From contig OZ243041.1 of NCBI GenBank assembly GCA_965212055.1, positions 384,001 to 448,000 of the forward strand: a DNA stretch of 64,000 bases. Reading direction: 5' to 3'. A program made the position numbers and the translations under genes. Shown in pieces: positions 38,298 to 48,956 of the stretch (the stretch's first letter is position 1; every line of letters starts with the position of its first letter). Below the pieces are notes generated by a model. It had not been told where the DNA came from, made no database searches, and saw only the letters and a list, made by a program, of their open reading frames with translations. Source of the DNA: Fidelibacterota bacterium (GTDB taxonomy: Bacteria > Fidelibacterota > Marinisomatia > Marinisomatales > Marinisomataceae).

Positions 38298-39010
38298 AGA
38301 TATTATTTATATTAACAATTCTTTCAACTTGTTTAATATCTCAAGATGTCGGTTATAAGTTGTATAAAGATGGGGAGATTGAATCTGCATTAGAATATTA
38401 TCAAGCATTGATTCAATTAGGTGATGATGATATCTCCCGGGAGGATATTCTATATAATATAGGGACTATTTATTCCAATATGGATAGTATTTCAGAAGCA
38501 GGTTCAATTTTTCAACAAGCTTATCATGATTCATTAGATTTTTCATCTGACTTAAGTTATAACTATGGAAATGTATTGTACAGGGGCGAACAACTAGATA
38601 AAAGCCTAGAGGCCTATAAAAATACATTGCTAAGAAATCCTAACGACTCTGATGCAAGAAAAAATTATGAATTCGTGAAAAATAAGATTAAAAAAAATAA
38701 AAATATGGAAAAACAACAAGATCAAAATCAAGATTCTAAAGAGAATGAGGAAGACAAAAGCGATAATAATAACAATTCTGACCAAAACAAAAATCAAAAC
38801 GAAAACGAAAAAGATAAAGAAAATAATTCAGAGAATAATAATAATGAAGATCCTCAAAATGAATCTCCTCAAGTTGGAAATAATCAAAATAAACAAATGC
38901 AATCAAATCAAAGTGCTGAAAATATCTTGAATGCACTCAAAGAAAATGAAAAAGTAAATAAAAAAAGAAAAGAAAAGAATTATTCTCAAGAATCAAATAA
39001 GGATTGGTAA
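38294..39010 (+). CDS. batC: BatC-like TPR protein with an N/Q/E-rich linker
   Basis: TPR motifs YNIG/YNYGN, ARKNYE, C-terminal KDW. Confidence 0.85.
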   Translation: MKILFILTILSTCLISQDVGYKLYKDGEIESALEYYQALIQLGDDDISREDILYNIGTIYSNMDSISEAGSIFQQAYHDSLDFSSDLSYNYGNVLYRGEQLDKSLEAYKNTLLRNPNDSDARKNYEFVKNKIKKNKNMEKQQDQNQDSKENEEDKSDNNNNSDQNKNQNENEKDKENNSENNNNEDPQNESPQVGNNQNKQMQSNQSAENILNALKENEKVNKKRKEKNYSQESNKDW

Positions 39011-40710
39011 TGAAAAAACTACTATCACTTTTCTTATTTTTTTCTTTTTTGCTATGTCAGAATATTGAAACAATCGTTAGTAATAAAAATGTCAGTCTCA
39101 ATGAATCTTTAGATTTTATTATTAAATTAGAAAATATTGATACTAATCCAGAAGTCAATTTTGCGCCAATGTTAGATTATTTTTCTATTATTTCAGGTCC
39201 AAATATTGGTAGTGAGTATAAATTTATTAATGGAAAAAAATCTAGTTCTCGATCAATATCATGGAGAATTATTCCAAAAAAAACAGGTAAGATAAAAATA
39301 CCAAATCTAGAGGTTAAGGTTGGTAAGAAGATATATTTAACAGAAGATATTACAATTAGCGTTTCCGAACAAATATCTAATGCAAATACTAATGATATGT
39401 TCTTAAAAGTAGAACTCAGTAATTCAAATGTAAAGATTGGTGAACAAATAACTATTAAATATATTTTTTTTACTAGAATGGCTTCAAGGGTTATAGAAAC
39501 AGAATTTCCAGAGTTCGAAGGTTTTTGGGTGGAGAAACTCTATGATCCTTCTGGTACTCAAATAGATCCTGATAGCTGGGATGATGTAGTTATTGATAAT
39601 TACAAATACAAATCTCTTAAGTTGTATGAAGTTGCTTTATTTCCATTATCTGATGGAGTATTTGACTTGGAACCAATGATAATGAAAGTAGAGACAAAGG
39701 AAAAAGATCCTTCATTTAAGAGATTATTTTGGGATGATCCTTTTTTTGATACATTTTCGCAAAAAACTAAAGCAAGAATTCTTGTCTCAGATAAAAAAAC
39801 AATTAAAGTAGAGAATCTTAAGAATCAGCCCGATAATTTTACTGGAGCTGTAGGTGTTTTTGAAATTAATTCATCGCTATCTTCTTTAAACGTGGAGAAT
39901 GGAACCCCAGTTACATTTTATCTAGAATTAGCAGGAGAGGGTAATTTAGACAATATTGGAAGACCTGAAATAGACTTTCCAGATAATTTTGATATATTTG
40001 AAGGAGAGATTAAAAAAGATAGAAATATATCTGATCGAGTTTCAGGATCAATTATATGGGAATATAATTTAATACCAAGAAAATCAGGGAATTATACTAT
40101 TAAGTCTGTCGAATTTCCTTTCTTTCATACAGGTATAAATTCATGGAAGAAGATTAAAACAAATCCAATTAAATTTAGTGTTATTAAGACTCTTGATACG
40201 GAATACAATAAAACAAATGGAAATTTTTCTTCGAGTCAAGAAATCAGATATATTAAGTTAAATATGCCTAGTTGGAAGAAAGAAAATTCTGACAAATTTT
40301 ATATTGGATATATCTCAATCTTGCTTCTTTCATTAATGTTATTTTTGTCACCATTTTTTAGTTCAAAGTTTTCTTCTTTTATTGATATTCAATCGGTCAA
40401 ATTCAAGAGTAGATCTGCACTTTCAAATTCTATCAACGTATTATCTTCTTCTAAAGATGTCTATAGCGATTGTTTACATGTTATTAATCAGTTTTTCTTT
40501 GATAAAGCTCTGATTGATTCAGTTAATGTTGATTATTTAGCTTTGAAAAAACAACTGAAAGACAAAATTAAATCGAAAGATTTAGTTATGTTAAAAGAAA
40601 TTTTAGACCAATGTAATAAATACAATTATACAGAATTATCTGGTAAGAAGAACAATAAGATAAAAAACAAGACTATTAAACTATTAAGTGAGATTAATGA
40701 ATATGTTTAA
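39010..40710 (+). CDS. batD: BatD-like protein
   Basis: Signal peptide, FEGFWVE, FTGAVG, GEGNL; operon position. Confidence 0.85.
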   Translation: MKKLLSLFLFFSFLLCQNIETIVSNKNVSLNESLDFIIKLENIDTNPEVNFAPMLDYFSIISGPNIGSEYKFINGKKSSSRSISWRIIPKKTGKIKIPNLEVKVGKKIYLTEDITISVSEQISNANTNDMFLKVELSNSNVKIGEQITIKYIFFTRMASRVIETEFPEFEGFWVEKLYDPSGTQIDPDSWDDVVIDNYKYKSLKLYEVALFPLSDGVFDLEPMIMKVETKEKDPSFKRLFWDDPFFDTFSQKTKARILVSDKKTIKVENLKNQPDNFTGAVGVFEINSSLSSLNVENGTPVTFYLELAGEGNLDNIGRPEIDFPDNFDIFEGEIKKDRNISDRVSGSIIWEYNLIPRKSGNYTIKSVEFPFFHTGINSWKKIKTNPIKFSVIKTLDTEYNKTNGNFSSSQEIRYIKLNMPSWKKENSDKFYIGYISILLLSLMLFLSPFFSSKFSSFIDIQSVKFKSRSALSNSINVLSSSKDVYSDCLHVINQFFFDKALIDSVNVDYLALKKQLKDKIKSKDLVMLKEILDQCNKYNYTELSGKKNNKIKNKTIKLLSEINEYV

Positions 40711-41443
40711 AAAAATAAAAATTATTTTATTTACTAGTTCTTTATTGTTTTGTCAAAACCCTGATTCGCTTTTTGTTGAAGGAAATAATTATTATAACAA
40801 CAAAGATTTTTCTAATGCTATTAAGAGTTACGAAGATATTATCGATCAAGGATTATATCATGCAGATTTATACTTTAATCTCGGTAATTCATATTATAAT
40901 CTCGAAGATTATGGTAATGCTCGATGGTCTTACGAAATGGCATTCAATTTATCACCTAGAAATAGCGATATTATATACAATCTAGATCTTACGAAAAGAA
41001 AGATAGCAAACCTTATTGAGCCTCCAGAATCTTCAATTCTACACTTGATTAATATCTTTTTTAATAGTTTTACTTATAATAATTTTATTTTTTTTACATC
41101 TATTTCGATTTTCTTATCATCAATATTTTTTCTATTCTCCAGGATTAGACCTATTCCATTGAATAGATTAATATACTATATCTTTTTATCTTTATTCTTT
41201 GTGGGTCTTATAATATCAATTAACAAATTTTTTTGGCTTAAAAATAATCAGTTTGCAATTATTATATCAGAAAGTGCTGATGTTTATTCTGCGCCGTATG
41301 CTAATGAAAACATAAAAACTTTCACTCTTTTTTCAGGCAATAAAACTAATGTTGTTCAAAGTACTGACAAATGGATTGAGATTTCTGTTCTTGACGGAAG
41401 AAAAGGTTGGATTAAAATTAAAGATGTGAGAACTTTAGACTAA
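40703..41443 (+). CDS. batE: BatE-like TPR/SH3 protein
   Basis: LYFNLGNSYY TPR, two TM helices, C-terminal GRKGWI. Confidence 0.85.
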   Translation: MFKKIKIILFTSSLLFCQNPDSLFVEGNNYYNNKDFSNAIKSYEDIIDQGLYHADLYFNLGNSYYNLEDYGNARWSYEMAFNLSPRNSDIIYNLDLTKRKIANLIEPPESSILHLINIFFNSFTYNNFIFFTSISIFLSSIFFLFSRIRPIPLNRLIYYIFLSLFFVGLIISINKFFWLKNNQFAIIISESADVYSAPYANENIKTFTLFSGNKTNVVQSTDKWIEISVLDGRKGWIKIKDVRTLD

Positions 41444-41445
41444 TT

Positions 41446-41865
41446 ATGAGAAGAATAATTATTCTATTATTATTAAGTACGATTTATGGTCAAGTTGATT
41501 CTGATTTTATTTCTCCAGGAGATTTTGTTGATAGAAAACCAACATTGCCTGAGGTAGTGCTCCCTAATTTTGTTGAAGATAAAGATGTTGATTATTCTGA
41601 TACGCTAAATACTGGGAATTTAGTCAAAGGATATCGAATTCAAGTTATAATTTCAGAAAATCAAGAAGATTTGGTTTTAGCAAAGAAAAAGCTTGAGAGT
41701 GTTATTAAAGAAAAAATTTATATCCAATTCGAATTACCAAATTATAAATTGAGAATCGGGAATTTTTCCAGTAGAAAAAAAGCTGAATTATATCGTGCTA
41801 AAATTGTCCGATTAGGATATAGGTCTTCATGGGTTATACCTACTTTAATTGAGTTGGACTCTTAG
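41446..41865 (+). CDS. SPOR-domain exported protein
   Basis: GYRIQV and PNYKLRIGNF. Confidence 0.75.
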   Translation: MRRIIILLLLSTIYGQVDSDFISPGDFVDRKPTLPEVVLPNFVEDKDVDYSDTLNTGNLVKGYRIQVIISENQEDLVLAKKKLESVIKEKIYIQFELPNYKLRIGNFSSRKKAELYRAKIVRLGYRSSWVIPTLIELDS

Positions 41866-42593
41866 TGTCTGGACACAGTAAATGGTCAACAATCAAGAGA
41901 AAGAAAGGCGCTCTTGATCAAAAAAGGGGAAAATTATTTTCATCTATGGGTAGAGAAATTACTATTTCAGCTAGATTATTTGGAAGTGATGTTGATACAA
42001 ATGCAAGATTAAGGCAAGCAATTAAGAAAGCAAAATCAATAAATATGCCAAATGCGAATATTGATAAAGCGATTAAAAAAGGTACTGGAGAACTAGAGAA
42101 TATCGTTTATGAAGAAGTCTCATATGAAGGTTATGGTCCAAGTGGCGTGGCAATTTTTATTGAGACAATTACCGATAATAAAAATAGGACTGTAGCAGAA
42201 ATAAGACATGCTTTATCTAAATTTGGAGGGTCTTTAGGACAAAATGGAAGTGTGGCATGGAATTTTGAAAAAATAGGTATTGTTTTAATAGAAGATTCTA
42301 ACATGACAGAAGAAGAAGCATTAAATTTATCTATTAAAGTGGACGCAGTAGATTTCAAGTTAGAAGACAAATATTTTAAAATATTTTTTAATCATGATAT
42401 GCTTTATGAAAAAATTGAATTAATTGAAAAAAATAGTTTGGAAATTGACTCTTCTTTTATTGAATTATTGCCAAAAAATTTTGTTGAAGTATCAGAAGAG
42501 AATTTTTTAACAATTAATAAACTTATTGATTCTTTGGAAGATTTAGAAGATATCCAAAATGTTTATTCGAATTATAGAGTAGAGAAAAATTAA
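41865..42593 (+). CDS. yebC: YebC/PmpR-family protein
   Basis: MSGHSKWSTIKRKK, YEGYGPSG, TDNKNRT. Confidence 0.97.
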   Translation: MSGHSKWSTIKRKKGALDQKRGKLFSSMGREITISARLFGSDVDTNARLRQAIKKAKSINMPNANIDKAIKKGTGELENIVYEEVSYEGYGPSGVAIFIETITDNKNRTVAEIRHALSKFGGSLGQNGSVAWNFEKIGIVLIEDSNMTEEEALNLSIKVDAVDFKLEDKYFKIFFNHDMLYEKIELIEKNSLEIDSSFIELLPKNFVEVSEENFLTINKLIDSLEDLEDIQNVYSNYRVEKN

Positions 42594-43063
42594 TGGTTAT
42601 TATAGGGTTTGATCCTGGATTAAGTCATACAGGTTATGCAGTGCTAAACAAGGAAGGTAATAATATTAACCTTGTTCAGTGTGGATTAATTAGTCCTAAA
42701 AGAAATAAATCGTTGTCAGAAAGGCTTTTTGCTATTTTTTCAGAAGCAAATAAACTAATAGAAGATTTCAATCCTAACTTAGTAGTTATCGAAAATGTTT
42801 TTTATGGTAAAAATGTTCAATCTGCTATTAAGCTTGGGCAGGCAAAGGGTTCAATTATGTTATCTTCTGAGAAATATGGTGTTGATATGGTAGATTATAC
42901 TCCTAGAGAGATTAAGCAGTCAATAGTTGGAAATGGGTCTGCATCTAAAGAACAAGTTGAATTTATGGTTAAAAAAATTTTTAAATTAGATGACAAAATG
43001 TTAAAACGTAATGATATATCAGATGCTATAGCAGTAGCATGGTGTGGAGCAAATAAAATATGA
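42593..43063 (+). CDS. ruvC: Holliday junction resolvase
   Basis: IGFDPG, LGQAKG, GNGSASKEQV, DAIAVA. Confidence 0.95.
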   Translation: MVIIGFDPGLSHTGYAVLNKEGNNINLVQCGLISPKRNKSLSERLFAIFSEANKLIEDFNPNLVVIENVFYGKNVQSAIKLGQAKGSIMLSSEKYGVDMVDYTPREIKQSIVGNGSASKEQVEFMVKKIFKLDDKMLKRNDISDAIAVAWCGANKI

Positions 43064-43653
43064 TTGATTCAATACATGGCATAATAGAAAAAAAAGAACC
43101 TACCAATCTTTTTATAAAGCTTAATGGTTTTGTATTTAATATATCTATTTGTATCAGAGATTATGAAAAACTACCATCAGTTGGGAAGAAGATTGATGTT
43201 TTAACTTATCTTAATGTTAGAGAAAATTTAATGGAACTATATGGTTTCCTAAGCAAAGATAGAAGAGATCTATTTATTCAACTTATTTCAGTGTCTGGAA
43301 TAGGTCCAAGAACAGCGATTAATTTATTATCAAATGTTTCTGTCCAAAATTTTAAAGAAAATATTATTACTGAAGACATTAAATCGTTAAGTCTTATTCC
43401 TGGAATAGGTCCAAAAACAGCGAAAAGAATTGTTGTTGAGATAAAAGAGAAGATTACTACTGACAGCTTCTCTAAACGTGCTTTGGATACTTCAAAAATT
43501 AATTTTAACGTAGATGACATTTATACTGCTTTGTCCTCATTAGGATATAAAAAATCTCAAATTGATAAATCAATAAAAAAACTAAATGAATCCAATAGTT
43601 TTGAAGGTAATATTGAAGATGTAATAAAGAAGATTTTAAGCACTATAAGATGA
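43060..43653 (+). CDS. ruvA: Holliday junction DNA-binding protein
   Basis: LYGF, VSGIGP and IPGIGPKTA HhH motifs, ALSSLGY. Confidence 0.95.
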   Translation: MIDSIHGIIEKKEPTNLFIKLNGFVFNISICIRDYEKLPSVGKKIDVLTYLNVRENLMELYGFLSKDRRDLFIQLISVSGIGPRTAINLLSNVSVQNFKENIITEDIKSLSLIPGIGPKTAKRIVVEIKEKITTDSFSKRALDTSKINFNVDDIYTALSSLGYKKSQIDKSIKKLNESNSFEGNIEDVIKKILSTIR

Positions 43654-44726
43654 CTGATTTCTATAAAACTCCATTATACAATAACCATGAAGAGATGGGT
43701 GCAAAATTAATTCCATTCTCTGGTTTCTTAATGCCTTTACAATATTCTGGGATTATAGAAGAACATAAACATGTAAGAACAAAGGTTGGTCTCTTTGATG
43801 TGAGCCATATGGGTGAATTTATTATAAAGGGAGAGAATGCTAAACGGTTTCTACAGAAAGTTACTACAAATGATATTGAATCGTTAAAAGTTGGTAAAGC
43901 ACAATATACTGCAATTTGCAATGAAGATGGCGGTATCTTAGATGATTTTGTAATATATAATTTATCTGATTATTATATGTTGGTTGTCAATGCTGCAAAT
44001 ACTGAGAAAATTTTCAATTGGCTTGAGAAAAATTTGATGGATAAAGTAGAACTAAAAAATATATCTGATAAGATGAGTTTATTAGCTATCCAGGGACCAC
44101 TTTCTAGACAAGTTTTGTTGTCTTTTTTTCCTGATATTGATTCGCTTAATTATTATGAAACATTGCTTCCAAATGAAGATGGAATTGTGATTGCCCGAAC
44201 GGGATATTCAGGAGAATTGGGTTTTGAGATATATTGTCCAAATAATATCATTGTATCATTGTGGGAAAGATTGCTATCATCTTCAAAAGATTTAAAACCG
44301 GTAGGATTAGGGTGCAGAGATTCCTTGCGACTTGAAATGGGTTATGCATTGTATGGTCATGAGTTAGATGAATCAATAAATCCAATAGAAGCAGGCTTAT
44401 CATGGATTACTAAGTTGGATACAGAGTTTATTGGTTCAAATAAACTAAATAGTATCACAAGTAATCGAAAATTAGTTCCTTTGATATTAAAAGATCGTGC
44501 AATTCCAAGAAGTGGATATAAAATTTTTAATTTAGAACAAGAAGAAATTGGGTTTGTAACGAGTGGAGGAATGTCCCCATCATTAAATTTAGGTATTGCT
44601 TTAGCTTATATAAATTTACCTGGTGCCGAAGAATTAAAGTGTTTCAAAATAAAAATTCGTGATAATTTCTTTGATATCCATAAAACAAAGCTTCCGTTTT
44701 ACAAAGAAGGGACATATTTATCATAA
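43650..44726 (+). CDS. gcvT: Glycine-cleavage aminomethyltransferase T
   Basis: GLFDVSHMG, VVNAAN, RTGYSGELGFE, RDSLRLEMG. Confidence 0.95.
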   Translation: MTDFYKTPLYNNHEEMGAKLIPFSGFLMPLQYSGIIEEHKHVRTKVGLFDVSHMGEFIIKGENAKRFLQKVTTNDIESLKVGKAQYTAICNEDGGILDDFVIYNLSDYYMLVVNAANTEKIFNWLEKNLMDKVELKNISDKMSLLAIQGPLSRQVLLSFFPDIDSLNYYETLLPNEDGIVIARTGYSGELGFEIYCPNNIIVSLWERLLSSSKDLKPVGLGCRDSLRLEMGYALYGHELDESINPIEAGLSWITKLDTEFIGSNKLNSITSNRKLVPLILKDRAIPRSGYKIFNLEQEEIGFVTSGGMSPSLNLGIALAYINLPGAEELKCFKIKIRDNFFDIHKTKLPFYKEGTYLS

Positions 44727-46996
44727 TGAGTGAGAAATCTGACATAAAAATGAAATTAGAAACAATTGGGTGGCTACTTGGTTTCTTTTCCTTGTTAGTT
44801 CTAGGATCATTGATTGGTCATGATTCTTCTGAAGATCCATCATTGACTTCTGCAAGTATCAATAATCCTTTTAATATTGTTGGAGTGTATACTAGCTATG
44901 TTTTAGTGAAGCTAGGATTTGGATATGGATCATATTTTATTCCAATAATTGGATTAGCAATCTCTCTTCAATTAATTTCAAATTTTAAATTTGAACTTTA
45001 TAGAGTTATTCGATATTTAACTGCACTTATTTTCTTGAGTTCGATAACATTTGGATTGATTGAAAATTATCCATCTTTTTCAGAGAATATGAGTTCATAT
45101 TCTGGTTTACTAGGTTGGGCGATTGTGAATTTATTGCATGATTGGATTGGTCCAACTGGACTAGTTGGATTGGTTATTGTCTTATGGGTGCTATTGATTG
45201 GAGGATTTTTCCGTTTAAGTTCTTATAAAATTGGTGGATTACTTATTTCTTCTATCCGCAAGCAATTTGATTCAGTAAAAAGCTCATTCCCTAAGAAAAA
45301 GATTTCAGATTCTCCAAAAATAATTGAAGATGAGAGTTTCTTGGATGATGTGATTAAACAAGACGATGAAGAAGAGCTAGTTGATAATTCAGATATTATC
45401 GAAGAAGAAATTGTTAGCGATGTAGATGATGTATCTGAAAAGAAATTAGGAACTGAAGATGAATTATCAATTGAGAAGGGAATAGTGGAAAAAGAAGTAG
45501 ATATTGATAAAAAAAGAAAGAAATCTATTATTCGTAAAGATTGGAAATTTCCTTCAGCTGATTTATTAGAATCTATTCCAATCGATTCTGAAAGTTTAAG
45601 CAATGATTATTTAAAAGAAAGAGCTGAATTTTTAAGAAATTCAATTTCAACATTTGGTGTTGAAGGAAAGACTGGTTCTATTAAAACTGGCCCAATCATT
45701 ACGCTTTTTGAGATAGAACCATCAGAAGGTGTGAGGGTTAATAAATTTGTTCAACTTTCCGATGATATTGCAAGAGTGATGGAAGCAGATAGAGTAAGAG
45801 TTTTAGCGCCTATTCCTGGTACTTCTCTTGTTGGCATTGAGATTCCAAATGATAATCCACAAACAATTTATTTAAAATCAGTAATCAATTCTGAAAAATA
45901 TTTAAAGTCAGATGCTAAACTCAAGCTAGCTATTGGGAAGGGTACTTTAGGCGATATTGCAATCCTTGATTTAGGAGAGATGCCTCATTTGCTTATTGCT
46001 GGTACAACAGGATCTGGAAAATCTGTTTCCTTGAATACAATTATTGTCAGTTTATTGTATCAACTTAAACCGGAGGAATTAAAATTTGTTATCATTGATC
46101 CCAAGAAAGTTGAAATGACTCTTTATAAAGGACTTGAAGACCATTATTTATTGAAATTTGAAGGCATTGATGAATCAATTATAACCAAAAAGGAAAATGC
46201 AATTCTTGCTCTTAGATCTCTTGAAAGAGAGATGGATTCAAGATATGATTTATTGGCAAATGAAGGAAAAAGGAATATTGCTGAATACAATCAGGGCATG
46301 AAGAAAAAAAGCAAAGATTTAATGCCTTATATTGTGCTGGTGGTAGATGAATTGGCGGATCTAATGATGTATAGTCCAAGAGATGTTGAAGCCCCTATTG
46401 CAAGATTAGCCCAACTAGCAAGAGCAGTTGGTATTCATTTAGTGATTGCAACCCAAAGACCTTCTGTTGATGTTATTACTGGTGTGATTAAAGCAAATTT
46501 TGCTGCTAGAATTGCTTTCCAGGTTGCAACAAAAATTGATTCACGAACAATTATTGATGTAAATGGCGCAGATAAACTTATTGGTAAAGGAGATATGTTA
46601 TACCAGAAACCAGGATCATCATCTCCTGTGAGGTTGCATGGTGCATTTATAACCCTTAAAGAGATTGAGGATGTTGTTAGCTATATATCTGAACAGCCTA
46701 AACCAACTGAACTTGTTATTGAAACAATAAAAGATACTACAAGTATCTTGAATGATAATGAAAATAATTTTAATGATGAACTATTGAATAAGGCAATTGA
46801 GATTATTGTAGTTAGCAAACAAGCTTCAATCTCACTATTACAAAGAAGGTTATCAATTGGCTACTCAAGAGCAGCTCGTTTAATTGATGAGATGGAAAGA
46901 TTAAAAATAGTAGGTCCATTTTCTGGAAGTAAAGCTCGTGAAATTCTAGTAGACGAATCTTATCTAGAGACAATCAGAAATGATGAAGAAATATAG
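44726..46996 (+). CDS. ftsK: DNA translocase FtsK
   Basis: N-terminal TM domain, PHLLIAGTTGSGKS, VDELADLM, ATQRPS, gamma domain LQRRLSIGYSRA. Confidence 0.96.
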   Translation: MSEKSDIKMKLETIGWLLGFFSLLVLGSLIGHDSSEDPSLTSASINNPFNIVGVYTSYVLVKLGFGYGSYFIPIIGLAISLQLISNFKFELYRVIRYLTALIFLSSITFGLIENYPSFSENMSSYSGLLGWAIVNLLHDWIGPTGLVGLVIVLWVLLIGGFFRLSSYKIGGLLISSIRKQFDSVKSSFPKKKISDSPKIIEDESFLDDVIKQDDEEELVDNSDIIEEEIVSDVDDVSEKKLGTEDELSIEKGIVEKEVDIDKKRKKSIIRKDWKFPSADLLESIPIDSESLSNDYLKERAEFLRNSISTFGVEGKTGSIKTGPIITLFEIEPSEGVRVNKFVQLSDDIARVMEADRVRVLAPIPGTSLVGIEIPNDNPQTIYLKSVINSEKYLKSDAKLKLAIGKGTLGDIAILDLGEMPHLLIAGTTGSGKSVSLNTIIVSLLYQLKPEELKFVIIDPKKVEMTLYKGLEDHYLLKFEGIDESIITKKENAILALRSLEREMDSRYDLLANEGKRNIAEYNQGMKKKSKDLMPYIVLVVDELADLMMYSPRDVEAPIARLAQLARAVGIHLVIATQRPSVDVITGVIKANFAARIAFQVATKIDSRTIIDVNGADKLIGKGDMLYQKPGSSSPVRLHGAFITLKEIEDVVSYISEQPKPTELVIETIKDTTSILNDNENNFNDELLNKAIEIIVVSKQASISLLQRRLSIGYSRAARLIDEMERLKIVGPFSGSKAREILVDESYLETIRNDEEI

Positions 46997-47537
46997 TAAA
47001 CTATTATTTCTAGTCAGCATTTTATATACTCAAAATACAGTTTCAGATGATATAATTTCTTTCATAGAAGAGTTGGATAATAAAACTATCATTCTATCTA
47101 TGGAGTCGCTAGAAAATCAAACAAAGTTATCAATATCTGGTGACCAAATTTATTTCGATACTTTCTCAGAAAATAAAAACATAATACTAATAGAAAATAA
47201 TGAAGTCAGAACTTATGATTTTAATAATCAGTTGATTATTATAGAAAGTGCCGATGAAACTTTATTAGATGTTTTTAATAAAGGGGAATTATCTCGATAT
47301 AACATGACCGAAATCAATAATGAGGAATCAATTTCTTTAGTAACCTACACATTGGGTTCTAAATTATTGCTAATTGGATTTGATAATATATCGAAACAAA
47401 TTGTGTCTCTTCAAATACAAGATGAAGGTGTTTTATTATTCGAAACAGAAATAGTAGATATAATAGATTTTGATGTTCCATTGATTTCAAATGATTTTGA
47501 TTCTTGGGAAGTCTTAGATTGGAGAGATGTTAATTAG
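46980..47537 (+). CDS. Exported hypothetical protein, possibly a divergent LolA
   Basis: Signal peptide; beta-rich; directly after ftsK, the usual position of lolA. Confidence 0.45.
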   Translation: MMKKYSKLLFLVSILYTQNTVSDDIISFIEELDNKTIILSMESLENQTKLSISGDQIYFDTFSENKNIILIENNEVRTYDFNNQLIIIESADETLLDVFNKGELSRYNMTEINNEESISLVTYTLGSKLLLIGFDNISKQIVSLQIQDEGVLLFETEIVDIIDFDVPLISNDFDSWEVLDWRDVN

Positions 47538-47538
47538 T

Positions 47539-48081
47539 ATGTTTGATACAATATTCCTAGATAGAGATGGTACAATTAATGATGTTGGATATGGCTATAT
47601 TAATGGCTTGTCCGATTTTCATTTTTATGATTATGCATTTGAAGCTTTGGATATATTAAAAGGACATGCTAAAAACTTTATTATTGTTACCAATCAATCT
47701 GGTTTATCAACTGGAAGAGTTAGTCTTGATCCTTTAAATGAAATCCATCAATTTGTTACCGAAGAATTTGAAAAAAGAGATTTACCATTGAGAAAGATTT
47801 ATTTTGCTGATGACTATAATGAAGGTTTTAATGCAATAAGAAAACCAGGTATTGGTATGTTTTTACAAGCCAAAGAAGATTTTAATGTTGATTTAAAGAA
47901 TAGTGTGATGATTGGTGATTCAATAGTAGATGTACAAGCTGGAGAAAGAGCAGAAATGAAAACTATTTTTTTATTATCAGGATATGGAAAATCTCACTTA
48001 GAAGATGTTAAAAAAGAATGTAAACCTAATTTGATTGCAAACGATTTATTACATGCAGCAAAGGAGATTCAATTAATATAG
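47539..48081 (+). CDS. HAD-IIIA phosphatase (GmhB/HisB-N-like)
   Basis: FLDRDGTIN, VTNQSG, RKPGIGM, MIGDS; start may be 47527. Confidence 0.88.
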   Translation: MFDTIFLDRDGTINDVGYGYINGLSDFHFYDYAFEALDILKGHAKNFIIVTNQSGLSTGRVSLDPLNEIHQFVTEEFEKRDLPLRKIYFADDYNEGFNAIRKPGIGMFLQAKEDFNVDLKNSVMIGDSIVDVQAGERAEMKTIFLLSGYGKSHLEDVKKECKPNLIANDLLHAAKEIQLI

Positions 48082-48956
48082 GTGTCATATATGGTGGAGA
48101 TTCTTCTGAAAGAGAAGTATCCATTAATTCCGGTAGGGCTATCATCCATGCTTGTGAGAAATTAGGATATAATATTCAAGATTTTGATGGTTTTGATGAA
48201 TCAATTTTTAATCAGAAGTTTGATTTTATCTTTCTAGCACTTCATGGAACTTTTGGAGAAGATGGGTCTGTACAAAAAATTCTAGAAAATCATAAAATAT
48301 GTTATAATGGTTCTAGTTCACTGTCTTCAGAACATTGTTTTGATAAAAATTTTACTAAAATTCTCGCAAAAGAAAATAATATTTTAACACCAAGATGGCT
48401 ATTAATAGATAACAATAAAATATTTAACGTTGCCGATATTGATTTTAGACCTGTTGTGAAACCTAATAAGGAAGGGAGTACAATTGGGTTTAGTTTGATT
48501 GGTCGCTTATCAGACCTTGATTCTGCGATCGATGAATCTCTTAAATATGGAAACCATGTTCTAATAGAGGAATATATTGATGGAAAAGAAATTACGGTTT
48601 CTATTTTGGGAGATAAAGTATTGCCGATAGTTGAGATTAAACCTCATTCTAGTATTTACGATTATGAATCTAAATATACGAAAGGAGAATCTGACTATGT
48701 ATGTCCAGCAGAAATTGATGATTCATTATCAGAAGAGATAAAAGATACTGCATTGAAGATTCATAAGTTGTTAGGCTGCCAAATATATTCAAGAGTCGAT
48801 TTTCGATTGGATAAAGACAATAAATTTTGGTTGTTAGAAATTAATACATTACCAGGGATGACTGAAACAAGCTTATTTCCAATGGCAGCAAAAGCTGTTG
48901 GTTTAAGTTTTGAAGATTTGATTGATAAAATTATTAAATTATCGCTAGAAAAATGA
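48072..48956 (+). CDS. ddl: D-Ala-D-Ala ligase (apparent ATT start)
   Basis: Open frame from IGVIYGGDSSEREVS through LHGTFGEDG, KP..EGS, YDYESKY, RVDFR, EINTLPG; the ORF track caught only the 3' half. Confidence 0.92.
   Translation: MNIGVIYGGDSSEREVSINSGRAIIHACEKLGYNIQDFDGFDESIFNQKFDFIFLALHGTFGEDGSVQKILENHKICYNGSSSLSSEHCFDKNFTKILAKENNILTPRWLLIDNNKIFNVADIDFRPVVKPNKEGSTIGFSLIGRLSDLDSAIDESLKYGNHVLIEEYIDGKEITVSILGDKVLPIVEIKPHSSIYDYESKYTKGESDYVCPAEIDDSLSEEIKDTALKIHKLLGCQIYSRVDFRLDKDNKFWLLEINTLPGMTETSLFPMAAKAVGLSFEDLIDKIIKLSLEK

Noticed and set aside
38700..38915. N/Q/E/D low-complexity stretch
   Set aside because: An ordinary feature of BatC-type proteins.
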